From NCBI RefSeq assembly GCF_001194135.2, contig NC_068995.1, forward strand, positions 21,003,932 through 21,067,931: DNA of 64,000 nt. The letters run 5' to 3'. Shown piece after piece: positions 23,566-37,614 of this stretch; positions within the stretch are counted from its first letter, which is position 1; each line of letters begins with the position of its first letter. The notes under the pieces are model-generated. The model was given only the letters and a program-made list of their open reading frames with translations. It searched no databases and was not told where the DNA came from. The DNA is from Octopus bimaculoides. Lineage: Eukaryota. The position numbers and the translations under genes are program-made.

Positions 23566-24888
23566 GTGTACGGGTGCACACGCGGATGCCTGTATGTAAG
23601 TAATAGCGTTCTTTTTGCTAAAACTTTTACAATTTTGTTCGGTTGTTTGTAATTGTGAAATTTTTTCGCCATGAACGGTTTGTGTTTTTAAACCGAATGT
23701 ATTTTTTCTGAGGTTATATTTATTCCTGAATGATGTGTAAAGAAATTTTGATTTATTAAGTCTCTTAATGAATTCTTTATACTGAAATATATATTGAAGA
23801 AGATAAATATGTTCATTTGAATATATACGTTTTTGCGTCATAACTCCTTTATTATTATTAATATAACCAAAAGGATCGATTCTTGAAGAGTCTGCATACC
23901 TNNNNNNNNNNNNNNNNNNNNNNNNNNNNNNNNNNNNNNNNNNNNNNNNNNNNNNNNNNNNNNNNNNNNNNNNNNNNNNNNNNNNNNNNNNNNNNNNNNN
24001 NNNNNNNNNNNNNNNNNNNNNNNNNNNNNNNNNNNNNNNNNNNNNNNNNNNNNNNNNNNNNNNNNNNNNNNNNNNNNNNNNNNNNNNNNNNNNNNNNNNN
24101 NNNNNNNNNNNNNNNNNNNNNNNNNNNNNNNNNNNNNNNNNNNNNNNNNNNNNNNNNNNNNNNNNNNNNNNNNNNNNNNNNNNNNNNNNNNNNNNNNNNN
24201 NNNNNNNNNNNNNNNNNNNNNNNNNNNNNNNNNNNNNNNNNNNNNNNNNNNNNNNNNNNNNNNNNNNNNNNNNNNNNNNNNNNNNNNNNNNNNNNNNNNN
24301 NNNNNNNNNNNNNNNNNNNNNNNNNNNNNNNNNNNNNNNNNNNNNNNNNNNNNNNNNNNNNNNNNNNNNNNNNNNNNNNNNNNNNNNNNNNNNNNNNNNN
24401 NNNNNNNNNNNNNNNNNNNNNNNNNNNNNNNNNNNNNNNNNNNNNNNNNNNNNNNNNNNNNNNNNNNNNNNNNNNNNNNNNNNNNNNNNNNNNNNNNNNN
24501 NNNNNNNNNNNNNNNNNNNNNNNNNNNNNNNNNNNNNNNNNNNNNNNNNNNNNNNNNNNNNNNNNNNNNNNNNNNNNNNNNNNNNNNNNNNNNNNNNNNN
24601 NNNNNNNNNNNNNNNNNNNNNNNNNNNNNNNNNNNNNNNNNNNNNNNNNNNNNNNNNNNNNNNNNNNNNNNNNNNNNNNNNNNNNNNNNNNNNNNNNNNN
24701 NNNNNNNNNNNNNNNNNNNNNNNNNNNNNNNNNNNNNNNNNNNNNNNNNNNNNNNNNNNNNNNNNNNNNNNNNNNNNNNNNNNNNNNNNNNNNNNNNNNN
24801 NNNNNNNNNNNNNNNNNNNNNNNNNNNNNNNNNNNNNNNNNNNNNNNNNNNNNNNNNNNNNNNNNNNNNNNNNNNNNNNNNNNNNNNN

Positions 24889-24931
<43 letters not shown>

Positions 24932-25396
24932 GAATAGATATTCACATCGACTGGACAGCTGATCCATATGACGGTACATAACATTTCTTGCCTTCCCAAA
25001 CGACGAAATTCCTGTTATGCTTGCATTAAGTGTAAGTTTTTATGGGAATATTCCACCGATAGTCCGTTTGTTGATGTTTGAATACGCATTCAACAGGAGG
25101 AGTCCTCTACATTTATCCTAGCTCAGTCTTGTTTTCAGGTGGCATTGTATAATGTCTTAGCGACGATGACATCGTATAATGTCTTACGACGTTTGCCAGT
25201 TGCTGAAAAAATTACCTTAATGTGCTAATCAACATTTTCTAACCTCATATTTAATGTTGTCTTCAAAGGAATATTGCATTTCGGGTTGCATTTTGGGACT
25301 CTAAGGACATTACTGTATCTGTATCTTTGTTATCATTATCATTTAGTTATCTCTATATTCATTCTTCCACTCACAGTTATGTGAATCAAGACTGTA

Positions 25397-25490
<94 letters not shown>

Positions 25491-25869
25491 TGGGAGTTCT
25501 AGGGTTTTCAGGAGTGTAGAAAATCTCTTAGACACACTTGTTTTCAGGTCGACATTGACTCAGAGTAGTAACGCTAGTGAGGGCCCCAACTATGGGTGCT
25601 AGCATATGTGATGACAATATATCTGAGAGTGAGAATGAAGAAATACACTTGGTTGGAGTCAGTGTACGCAGTAACACCGGGAGCGAGTGACTCCAAGCAT
25701 TTGTCAACAACATCCTTCAAGGAGAAGAGCAATCCGATACAGAATCTGTGGTTTCACGTGGGCACATTAAAAAATAAATTATGTCTTTTGGTATCAATAT
25801 TGCTTTGGCCTATTTTGGTCAGTGAAATTGAAAATGCCCCCAAACTGACTAAAACAAACAAAACGCTTG

Positions 25870-26210
25870 AGAAAGATGACATTACATGAGGATGTTAAGA
25901 TGCAGTGGTGAAGATCAATGGAACATCCTCGTTCTACGCTTCAATCGTTAGCTGAAGATGGGTAAAATAGCCTCACTGTGGAGAAAGTGAAATACCATCT
26001 TGCTTGTCAAGAACGATGACAAAGAAAATTTTAATAAAAATAGAACTATCACTCCTTATATCTCTTGTCTCACATGCTTATGAAGGTCATAGTCACTAGA
26101 TTATCGAAACATCTCGAAGATCAACAGCTAAGAAAGCAAGCAGGCTTCCGTAGGTACTAATGTACGATAGATCACATATTCACTATAACACAACTCATAG
26201 AATGAGAGAA
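25870..26210 (+). mobile_element. RTE-clade LINE reverse transcriptase N-terminal fragment
   Basis: KNDDKENFNKNR..., then SHMLMKVIVTRLSKHLEDQQLRKQAGFRRY*CTIDHIFTITQLIE, containing the QAGFR..STIDHIF motif. Confidence 0.8.
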
Positions 26211-27699
26211 TAAATATAAGTGTCTTCTGTATATAGCTTTTTCTTTTCCCCTTTATTTTCTGTTTTCATTATCCTTCTACATTTTACGTACACCTTCCTC
26301 TCGTTTTCTCTCGTGATTTCTCTTGTTCTATTTTGCTGATTTGTATCTTATGTTAACCATAAGCTCAAATCCAGAAGACTGCTTCAAAAGCTATCTGCAC
26401 CGTATAACTGTATGTATAGGCGCAGCATCTCCGAACATTTAAGAAGTAAGCTTAGCAATCATAAGGTCATGCGTTCTATACTTTGTGCGGTAACTTTTGC
26501 TGCACCCTCGAAGCGTCTCACCCCTTGCAGGTTAAACAGAATAAGTTGAAACTCTACTGGAGCCCGTTGGATAGTAGATATCTATAATTCTAACTCCCAG
26601 CCATGCCACTCTCTAATTCGCATTGAGAGCTACGCTAAACATACTTGTATCTATCAAATACTCAGCTGCTTCACTCTAATTCCTAAAGTAAGTCATTTGA
26701 TCGCATAACTGAATAATCATCGTGGAAATCGACGGACAACCAATTCATATCTGTATCCATGTACATTTTTTCTCAGAGAAGAGAATTTCCAGACTTATTT
26801 CATGTTTGAAATATAGTTTTCATATCAACAATAATTTTAGCCATAATTTTCGTAAATAATTAATTTATTTCAAAATATGAACGATGAAATATGCCAAAGA
26901 AACTCGTTACTTTTCTTCTTCTTGTTCCTTTCTCTTCCATCATCTTTTCAATCTCCTATTTGCTTTATTTTATCCCTCTGCCTCTACCTTTATATGGTCA
27001 TTTAAAGAGCTCTAAAGATCAAAGATGGGATCCCAGATTTAGATGAATATATCGTGTGTTACTAGTAACCAGTTAACAGCGCTGAAACAACCCTTTTGAA
27101 TGAGTCTCCTTTGAGAAAAGAACAAGAGATGTTTTTCTAATGATGGAGAAATTAAATGCTTTCCACGTTCTCTTTGTTATTGTCAAATGAATAATTATAG
27201 TTATAAAACCGAAAGAGATGACACACAAAACGATCAAAAAGAAGTAAAGAACACTTCAGGGCGATGAAAGTGATAGGAATTCTTTTAAAACAGCAAAGCC
27301 AGGTGATTCAATTCATTTTCGAACTAGGAGTACAAGCTTGAGATGATTGATCTTCAATTTATTATTGATTTCTCTCATAAGGGTGCTAAAGCTGAGTGAT
27401 AGAAAAGGCCGATGCTTTAAATGCATAACTGTAATTTAATGTTCTTCTTCACAGCACTAAATTCAAATTACCATTGGCCTCAATTTGCCCTTAATGAGCC
27501 AACGTGGGAGTCTTTAAGTGGCCATTCGCCTATCAAGAAATAGCATACAGATCTCATTCGAATCATACCCTACTTTCTTAAAGTGTCTGGGATCACTAAA
27601 ATTAGAATCTGCATGAGTCATCTTTTCTTGATTCTAAACCCTGATAGCCTCATACGGGTGACTTTGTAATATATTACATTTTTTGGGCATTTAATCTAA

Positions 27700-27920
27700 G
27701 CGAAAATATTCATCTCCAGGTGTGAATTCAATCAACACTTTCCAGAGTATAAGACTAAAAGTGTGAAAGAGAGAAAGAACACTGATACTTTATTTGTAGG
27801 ACAACAGGATATGAGGAAAGGCAGCGTTGACGTCTTCGATATTTGAACTCAGGGAAAATAAACATGGAAGAAATGCTTCAATGCATTCTACGCCATCAAA
27901 ACTCTACCCCGTTGGCCGCA
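27700..27920 (-). mobile_element. Old SINE family A-like copy
   Basis: tactttattt...gaggaaaggcagcgttgac...atttgaactcag. Confidence 0.5.
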
Positions 27921-28906
27921 TTATAACAATGGTACGCCTTCTGTTATGGATTTGAAACTCTGTGCTTAAGTAAGAACATATTCTTGTTGTTAGCCGTATA
28001 TGCTTTTAATGTCGTTCTATAGCACACTTTAACACACTCTCATTGAGCCGAAGAATTCTCAAAAATTATGAGCATGATAGTTTTGGTCATTTTGTGTTTA
28101 GAAACTCTGTCAAAAATGAGTCCTGTCTTGTTTATGTCATCAGCTGGTTACTATACTGCTTAGGCAGCTGCTAATCATCGAGGAATGAGCAACTTACGAC
28201 TAAAGAAATTCGAACTGCGACTGTTCTTTGCCTTTCTTTGTCCCATGTTATGCAACGTTTCAGTTGTAAGATGATAGAGCATTGTCTAATGGAATTTTCA
28301 ATGCTATTCCTGGCAGGACGAGCGACCATGTAGTGATTAACTTGTGAATTTGATTTCAGTGACCTGACTATCTGATGACATAATCTGATTATATGTTATT
28401 ACACTATGTGACTGGTATCATTGCTAATGAAAGACGCGTAAAGATGCATTGAATAACCGTTAAAATTCATCGCCACACTTCCTTTCAATTTGTAATCTGT
28501 ATTCGAAATATCAGTATGATATAATACTAAGGGACAGAATAATAATTAGCTTGCTTCATACACATTCAATTTTTGAAGTGTAAACGAAAACATTCAATGC
28601 TAAATCTTAGTTATATGCCGTAATCAATATACCACAACACAGAGTATACGATGCTGGAGAATAAGCGCAAAATTCCATCAACCACATAACAGAGAAAACA
28701 TAGTTACAACTTGGAGGAAAATAAATTTTAATAAACAATACTTACTAAAACAATAGTTACTAAAACAAAATCAATACAGAAAACTCTTTGAAGAAAATGT
28801 ATATCCAAACAACGTAAGAACTATAAAAAAAAGACCCAATGGAATCGCACTTGAGACCACACACACACATATATATATATANNNNNNNNNNCAAACACAC
28901 ACACAC

Positions 28907-28937
<31 letters not shown>

Positions 28938-29649
28938 TACACACACGCACACACGCACACACACATATATATATATATATATATGGTGGGGATGCATATA
29001 GTCTTATTGCTGTGAGGGAAAGCTGACTTATACGCATGTAAAATTCTTTACGCTTATAAATATATAAAACTCTACCATATGCATATATAGGTGCATATAT
29101 AGGTGAATATATAGGCGTGCTTGTATGAAGTTATGTATGCTTCTATGCATATATACATAATATATATAGATATGTATATGTGTATTTGGTTTTATAATTA
29201 TACAAATATAAGAGCGGGTGTATATGTGTGTAATTGTGTATACATCTGTATGATATAATATATGGATAAGCGTGTGTCATAATTAGATATCTCGCTAGAA
29301 TGTAATACGATCGCACTGCACCACATATATACAATTATCAATATACATATATATATATATATATATGCAGTATATCTATGTATCTATATATATATGTATA
29401 TATGTTTATCATTAGTTTCGCAGACAAATATTTCCTAACATATTGAGTGAGAGTCATAACTTTCTTTTATATAAGTATTTACGTGCTTATTGATATAATA
29501 AATGAATAGGCAGAGACCACATATCAATCGATAAATCAACGTGCACGTTTCATTAAAGCTCATGTCAATATAAACAATTGATCCTCCATAAACAATGCCC
29601 ATTCAACTTCCTCCAGTACAGGTCAGGATAACCGTTTTGTTTATTTTAG

Positions 29650-29691
<42 letters not shown>

Positions 29692-30769
29692 ATTACATGT
29701 GCACACACACAAATCCATACCTCTACATAATATTGAGACACAGAAACGTTTACAAATTCTCAAATTTCGTGTAGGAGAATTATTATTGCCTACAAGATGA
29801 ATGCAATTGGGCGCACAAGAAATTATCAGTGATGATTTGTTAATGTAACCAGTAAATGTACACCTCCTAATTTTTGCTTCACCTAGAAACATAAATAGCT
29901 GTCCTGAATCCTAGGTTATGTAAAGGGGCCATATGTAACACTTTTATGGGTTCTGATCCATTACTAAAAGATAGACATAGTCTCACATACACAGACACGC
30001 GTGTACACACCCCACACACATATTCATATATACATACATGCATACATACATACATACATGCATACGTACGTACATACATACATATATATNNNNNNNNNNN
30101 NNNNNNNNNNNNNNNNNNNNNNNNNNNNNNNNNNNNNNNNNNNNNNNNNNNNNNNNNNNNNNNNNNNNNNNNNNNNNNNNNNNNNNNNNNNNNNNNNNNN
30201 NNNNNNNNNNNNNNNNNNNNNNNNNNNNNNNNNNNNNNNNNNNNNNNNNNNNNNNNNNNNNNNNNNNNNNNNNNNNNNNNNNNNNNNNNNNNNNNNNNNN
30301 NNNNNNNNNNNNNNNNNNNNNNNNNNNNNNNNNNNNNNNNNNNNNNNNNNNNNNNNNNNNNNNNNNNNNNNNNNNNNNNNNNNNNNNNNNNNNNNNNNNN
30401 NNNNNNNNNNNNNNNNNNNNNNNNNNNNNNNNNNNNNNNNNNNNNNNNNNNNNNNNNNNNNNNNNNNNNNNNNNNNNNNNNNNNNNNNNNNNNNNNNNNN
30501 NNNNNNNNNNNNNNNNNNNNNNNNNNNNNNNNNNNNNNNNNNNNNNNNNNNNNNNNNNNNNNNNNNNNNNNNNNNNNNNNNNNNNNNNNNNNNNNNNNNN
30601 NNNNNNNNNNNNNNNNNNNNNNNNNNNNNNNNNNNNNNNNNNNNNNNNNATACATATATATATATATGCAAGTTATTCGGGCTGGATTTGATAGTTTGTG
30701 TAAAAGGACAAGGAAAAAATATATCCCATCTAAAATTAAACTTACTGAAAAAATTTTAAAAATATCAAC

Positions 30770-31190
30770 TAGATTATGGCTTAGAGATAACAATTTATTC
30801 AAAGTAGCCGCTCTCAGCTTCGGCCATAGCCGCAGCTCGGCTTCTGAAAGTTCGCATACAGCCGTCACTGTGTCTCTAGACAGATCTTCGAATAGCTTCT
30901 GCTCTATGTCCCAAGCTCGGCATCCGTGCTGCACACAAAGGGGTTCGTGCCTTTCTCAAGCGCGTTCCAGGCATGGTAATCCATTAGATTGCAATCGGGG
31001 AAATTATGAAGCTTAACATTGGGTCTGATAATGTCGTAGAAATTATCCTCTAACCACTTCTGAATCTTTCCGGGCGTATAGCCCAGAGCCGAAACATTCT
31101 GCCACATATATGGCCTTCCAAGGATTGACCACAGTCTCTTGCAAGATCACATAACCGTCTGAACTGAAACTAAAGCCCTGTTAAAAGATG
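30770..31190 (-). mobile_element. DD37D (maT-like) Tc1/mariner transposase C-terminal fragment
   Basis: GRPYMWQN[V]SALGYTPGKIQKWLEDNFYDIIRPNVKLHNFPDCNLM[D]YHAW. There are 37 residues between the mutated second D position and the third D. Confidence 0.8.
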
Positions 31191-31753
31191 TGGGGATGAA
31201 TTCCAGCGTGTCCAGCCAAGTGTAATGACTGCTTTCTTCCTTTCTGCTGGCGAATACTTTGTTGCCTCTTTCAGTTGTTTGTTTCACGTCTAACTACCTT
31301 TAGTGTAACAGATCTTTGAGCAGCAGTTATGTTGTCGGCATTTTCATACACCGCGATAGAAGTGAGTCCTTTCCAATATTCAGAGTTCCAGCCCTTCTTG
31401 TCAGCTAAAATTTTTCTCAACTCTAAGTTTGATCTTCAAGGCGTCCAACATCGTTGACTGTTCAACTTTTCATATCTGATTGTTCAACTACTCTTTATTG
31501 TAATAACTACCAACAGAGTATTGGTACACTCCTTTTTTCTTCTAATGTTCCTCCACCCGAGCCCGCTGGATTAAATATTAGAAGGATAAGTGGGTGTCTT
31601 TTTATGCCCGTGACTACATAGACAACTAAAATAATGTAAAGAAATCATGCAACATTCTTCTAAGTCGTTTTGACTTGTGAGGAGTAGCGGAGTAACGATT
31701 ATGTTTTAACGTTGCTGACTCTCAAAGTGTGTGTGTGTGTGTGTGTATGTGTG

Positions 31754-31796
<43 letters not shown>

Positions 31797-31800
<4 letters not shown>

Positions 31801-32245
31801 TGCTATGGGTAAATTGTCGCCATTTTATATTTTTAATTTTGCGCAGGTGCATTGTTTGTTTTCAATTTTGTGCACTACACAGTATAGTAAGGACAGTCGG
31901 ACACCGTCTTTGAGAAAAACAGCACTATGACGCAATTCATTCTGCTGGAAATTGGTAGTGCATGAAAACATTCGGTATTCCTCATACAAGATGAGAAAGC
32001 GCCAATTTCTATCTCAAGCCATCAAAGTCAGGAGGAAAAACCACGCTACGGAAATTTTTAACAAATTTAAGTATACCCACCAACTGAACATGCTTTGGTT
32101 TTTCTCAGACGAGAAAAATTTCTGTCAGAATCAGATGGTAAACGCACTTAGAAATCGTTGGCTTGCCGTGTCCCCAAAACGTATAGAAAGAGTGGTAAAA
32201 ATCAAACATCCAGTTAACAGCCTCGTGTTAGGAGTGATCACTAAG
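31797..32245 (+). mobile_element. DD37D (maT-like) element 5' end with an internal deletion and the first catalytic D
   Basis: Begins after a (TA)n run. ORF 31952-32281 reads VVHENIRYSSYKMRKRQFLS...MLWFFSDEKNFCQNQMVN...RWLAVSP...KHPVNSLVLGVIT. Confidence 0.8.
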
Positions 32246-32300
32246 GACAAGCAAAACATTTGGCGTTATTCTACATCATAATAAAGTACAAATCAATAAT

Positions 32301-33162
32301 TACCCGGACTGTTGCCATAGTAACGAAGCTGAAGCATGCAGAGTAAATCCGCTAGACATAAATTGACCTTAAATGCTGCTGTGCATGCGCACTAAGTTTT
32401 AATATTTTAGTTAACTTCCGTTGTTTACAGCAGTACTTGGAAGGAACGTGTGTAGCGTGTTATCGTCGCATTGACCATGCCAGAGGAAGATATCATGGTG
32501 ATACCTGCTCAGAAACCTACGTAAAGTTGCAGAAAGTGTATGGAGAGTAGTGTATAAGACAAATACATGCGTATAAGTGGTTCAGACGTTCTGAAGAAAG
32601 CCAAAAATATGTCGATATTGACGAACGTTCTGAGAGACCCGCGACCAGCAGAAATGAGAAAAACATCGCAGATGCTCGTGTGGCTGTGAGGGGAAATCGT
32701 CGAATCACCATCCGTGAGTTATCAGAGGATGTGCAGATTAGTCAGGGTTCAGTTCAGTTCATTATCATTGAAGATTTGGGTATGAGACGCGTGCCTGCCA
32801 AGTTTGTACCAAAATTGCTTTCAGTTGACCAAGAAGACACTTGGGTTTCAGTTGCACAAAATCTACTTGATAGTATCGAGAACGATGAAAATTTTTTAAA
32901 ACTTTGCATGTCTGAGCAGATATCGCCAAACCTTTGGAAAAAATTTGATGCAGATTCTCTGCTCAGCTTTCTGTGTCATAATAAATGCGACGATCATATG
33001 CTACACACCTTCCTTCCAAGCACTGCTGTAAACAGCGAATGTAAACTAGAACGTTAAAAGATAGTGCGCATGCATAGCAGAAGATAGTGCGCATGCATAG
33101 TAGAGGGCAATGTGATTCTGTGCCAAGCGGCATCACTCTACGTGCTTTAGCTTCGTTACTAT
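32301..33162 (+). mobile_element. Non-autonomous mariner derivative made of two inverted left ends
   Basis: The plus strand encodes a mariner HTH region (KLQKVYGE*...YKWFRR...RRITIRELSEDVQIS...LGMRRVPAKFVPKLL). 32902-33162 is an inverted copy of the 5' end plus the ORF start (MTQKAEQRICIKF). Confidence 0.85.
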
Positions 33163-33291
33163 ATATCTATATAGTTGAAATTTGTAGAAAAACAAACGAC
33201 GAAGATAGGTGTACGAACAACAAGCAAGTGTATTAATTGACGCTCGGGAAAAATGAAAAAGTATATTGTAATAGAAAGGAATAAAAAATAG

Positions 33292-33371
<80 letters not shown>

Positions 33372-33769
33372 TTATAGATTTCAGCGGTCCTGCATGGCGA
33401 AATATACATACACACATACATAATATAGGAGAGTATTGTAGTTCGCTTGAAGCATTGTGTATTTCGGAATACACACACATATCTGTATGTATGTATGTAC
33501 TCGTATATGTATCTATGTTTTATATGTTTTTGCTTCAGTTTTATATGATTTTAGGCCTGTGACTATTCTGAGATAAAGGCATGGCCAAACAGAACTAGGC
33601 ACTTAATTTTAGGCTTTATCTTCCGTTTGTCATTTGCTGAACGTTTAAAAATGGGAAGGAAAATATACCCACACAGTCTGTTAAGCTCTAGGTATGGGAA
33701 AACACATGCACACAGGCACACGTACTCACGCATACAGTCACACACATTTATGTATACATATATACACAC

Positions 33770-33838
<69 letters not shown>

Positions 33839-34136
33839 NNNNNNNNNNNNNNNNNNNNNNNNNNNNNNNNNNNNNNNNNNNNNNNNNNNNNNNNNNNNNN
33901 NNNNNNNNNNNNNNNNNNNNNNNNNNNNNNNNNNNNNNNNNNNNNNNNNNNNNNNNNTAATCATAAATATATAGGGATTGACAGTAACCTGCTTCTCCAA
34001 CATACTGAGAATTCAGAAATAGCAGCCAAAGAACTACTGATTCCAAAACTACAAATTTTACTCTAAATTGATAGAGCTACCCAGCAAAATTGTTAATTAT
34101 TAATTTTATTACTAATTGACGATTCCCTGCCCTGTA

Positions 34137-34172
<36 letters not shown>

Positions 34173-34195
34173 TCTCTCTTTCTATATATATATAT

Positions 34196-34250
34196 CTCCA
34201 GCATGGCCGCAGTCAAATGACTGAAACAAGTAAAAGAGAATAAAAGAGAA
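34196..34250 (+). mobile_element. Isolated SINE tail module (D)
   Basis: ctccagcatggccgcagtcaaatgactgaaacaagtaaaagag directly after a microsatellite. Confidence 0.85.
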
Positions 34251-34749
34251 TATATATATATAGCATAGGATTGATAGTTGTATTGTGGCTTTTTGATGCT
34301 GTTATTTAATAAGCACCCAGTTTCCAGGAATACATACTGCTCCCATGAATATATATTTTAATATATAATGCGTTATTGTTAATTTAGCCGTACCACATAT
34401 CATTAAAACAATTTATAGCACTCTAAGCTATTCGCTTGTTGAGATTTATTCTAGAATTTTGCAAAAGAAAATACAGAGAAATATATGTAATGTATAAATG
34501 TATGCCAACATATAAAAACGTAAGCCGGGCTGGATTATATTAGGGTAAGCTGCTTTATCTATAATGAAATTTTGTTTAGTATTTTCGTCACCTGTATTTA
34601 TAGGAATATATAAAACAAGGGTCATTGAGTGTCTACAGACCTGTAAGTCAATCCTATATTGAGCTTTTCTATCACAAGATATATAAAAATATCCTCCATC
34701 TATACTCTGTCTTTCTACCCCTCTATCCCCTTTATGTATGTATATGTAT

Positions 34750-34936
34750 CTTTTTCCTTTATTTGTTTCAGTCATTACACTGCGGCCATGCTGGGGCAGC
34801 ACCTTGAAGAAGTTTTAGTCGAATGAATGGAACCCATTACTTACTTCTTTAAAGCTTGATATCTATTCTATCGACTGAACCCAGAAACAAAGTGGTTGGG
34901 AAGAAAAGTTCTAACCACACAGCTACGCCTGTGCCT
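34750..34936 (-). mobile_element. Internally deleted B/D SINE (tRNA head joined to the D tail)
   Basis: D tail reverse complement (tgtttcagtcatt...cggccatgctgg) joined to a head ending ctaaccacacagctacgcctgtgcc. Confidence 0.7.
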
Positions 34937-36467
34937 ATGATACATAGACATACATTCACACACACGTAGACACACACAAACACGCACATACACATATACA
35001 CACACACATATATATATGCATATACATAGACACTCATATATATGTATATGTGTATGTATATATATATACTTATATATACACCTACATACACACATATATA
35101 TATGTATATATGTATGTACATATATATATATGTATAAATATGTGTGTGTGTGTCTATATATATACACACATATACTTATACATATACGTATATGTATATA
35201 AGACATGCATGAGCATACATGCATGTCCCTAACTCTAAAATGCACACTTTCTATATAAATATAGAAAGAAGAGAGAATTGCGAGTGGAGGAGTATTGAAA
35301 AGTGGTCCTTTCTGTTAATGACAGATTCCTTAAAACAAAAGATAAAATCTGCTTTGTCGTGTTACGAAGAGATATGTACCGGAAGCACACATCACAGGGA
35401 TTGGAATGATTTAGAAAGAAGCAGGTTGCATATATGATGAACATGCTTCCGTAATGAGCGGATGAGAAACAAAATGGCGATCAGTGTGTGCGTGCAGCAG
35501 TTAAGATTTTCCCATTTGTGCATCTTGTGAATGTGTATGTATATCTCAGCGTTTATGTAAATGTGCACGAAAAAGCATACATGGTTGTTCATGGATGGGT
35601 GTTTCTATGTACTACATGCTGGTAAATGTGTATGTGTATGGATTTGTGTGTATGAATCGGTGTGTGTATGTGTCTCTGTATGAATAAGAAAACCTGATAG
35701 TGTGTAACTTTATGAGCATGAGTGTTTGTGTTTGAATAGTGTGTGTGCTTGCGAACGGATATGCGTAGGAGCACATATTTTTGTAGAAACGTCTGTAAGC
35801 TTCTGTATATCAATATCTATATCTATGCATGCATATATGCATACACACACACGCACACACACATCCGTATATATATATGTATATATATATATATATATNN
35901 NNNNNNNNNNNNNNNNNNNNNNNNNNNNNNNNNNNNNNNNNNNNNNNNNNNNNNNNNNNNNNNNNNNNNNNNNNNNNNNNNNNNNNNNNNNNNNNNNNNN
36001 NNNNNNNNNNNNNNNNNNNNNNNNNNNNNNNNNNNNNNNNNNNNNNNNNNNNNNNNNNNNNNNNNTGTATATATATCTATATATATACTTATATATACAT
36101 ACACTCATACATGCACACACACACACCCATCCACACACACACACACACACACACACACTCATATATATATATATATAAACATATATAGCTATATACATAC
36201 ATAGATATTTGTATTTCCATGCATACACACATACACATTTATGAGTAGATACATTCGTATCTACATCAATGCATACATATATCCATGCATGCATACATAC
36301 AAACATACATATATACATGCATACATACATATGCATCCACGTATGTATGTATGTCTGCATGTGTCTATTAAACTATTTATGGATGTATCTCTCTCTCTCC
36401 CCTTCACACACTCTCTCTCTCTCTCTCTCTCTCTCCCCCTCACACACTCTCTCTCANNNNNNNNNNA

Positions 36468-36552
<85 letters not shown>

Positions 36553-36843
36553 CGCAAACACACAACGCGCGCGCACGTACATACAGTAGTAGTTGGAGTC
36601 AGGGAGGGAGAGAAGGACGAAAATAGAAGGAAAAGTGATCGAATGACATAATCAGGCGGTGAGAGTGACTGAGAAAGATCAATCGAGTTTGCAAAGAATT
36701 TCTAGAGATACAGGGATAGTGCGTGTGAGAGTGAGAGAGAGAGAGAGGGACAGAGGGAGAGAGATGGGGGAGATGGAGAAAGAGAGGAATAGTGAGAGGA
36801 GATAAACAGTGAAAGAGAAAGATAACTAAAGAGAGACAGAGAG

Positions 36844-36895
<52 letters not shown>

Positions 36896-37565
36896 TAAAA
36901 TGGAAAGGGAAAATTAAACGTAAGATTGTGTAAGAGTTGGTGAGAGTACATGTAATAGAAAGAGATAAAGTTTTATGAGAGAGTGGACGAGAATTCTCTC
37001 AAGATACGATGGTGCGACTGAGCATGACAAGAGAGAGTCAGAGAAAGAGGGAGAGAGAAAGAGAGAGAGAGAGGGAGAGAAAGAGAGTGTGTGTGTGTGT
37101 GGAGGGTGGGGGCATGAAGTAGGGGAGTGTGACATGAAGAATAATTCGGAAGAAGATTTCGGAAATAGGTCGAACATTTCAAAGCTATCATTATTGCATG
37201 TCGCTTCGATATCAAAGCGGAACGCCGGATCACGTGATCAGACAGCTCGAACAGGAATTATCGATCTCTGAACCTCTTCCTTCCCCTCTTCCCTTTTCTC
37301 TCTATCTCTCCTTCCTCGTCTTCGTACATGCTAAATATATTTCTTCCTTTCTATCTTTGCTTCTTCTTTCTCTGACATTCTTTCCTTCTTTCTTTCTTTT
37401 CTTCTTTCTTTCTTTCTTTCTTTCTTTCTGTCACTTTCCTTCTTCTTCTACGTATTTCCTTCTGCTCTTCCTCCACTTTCTCTCACTTCTTTTCTTCTTC
37501 GTTTATAGCTTTATTTCTTAAGTTGTATCTATTCTTTGTCACTCTTTGCTACTCCCTCCTCTCGG

Positions 37566-37614
<49 letters not shown>

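Noticed and set aside
23379-23652. ORFs with repeated CARMNV/RAHERV peptides
   Set aside because: These are translations of the 18-bp minisatellite. It is not a CRISPR array (no unique spacers) and not a repeat protein.
29641-29900. Minus-strand NNNSP...ICKRF resembling a Helitron Rep motif
   Set aside because: The similarity is too short and lacks the diagnostic HGPC and HUH residues.
37198-37521. ORF MSLRYQSGTPDHVIRQLEQELS...
   Set aside because: It runs into a CT-rich low-complexity tract, with no splice signals or recognisable domain.
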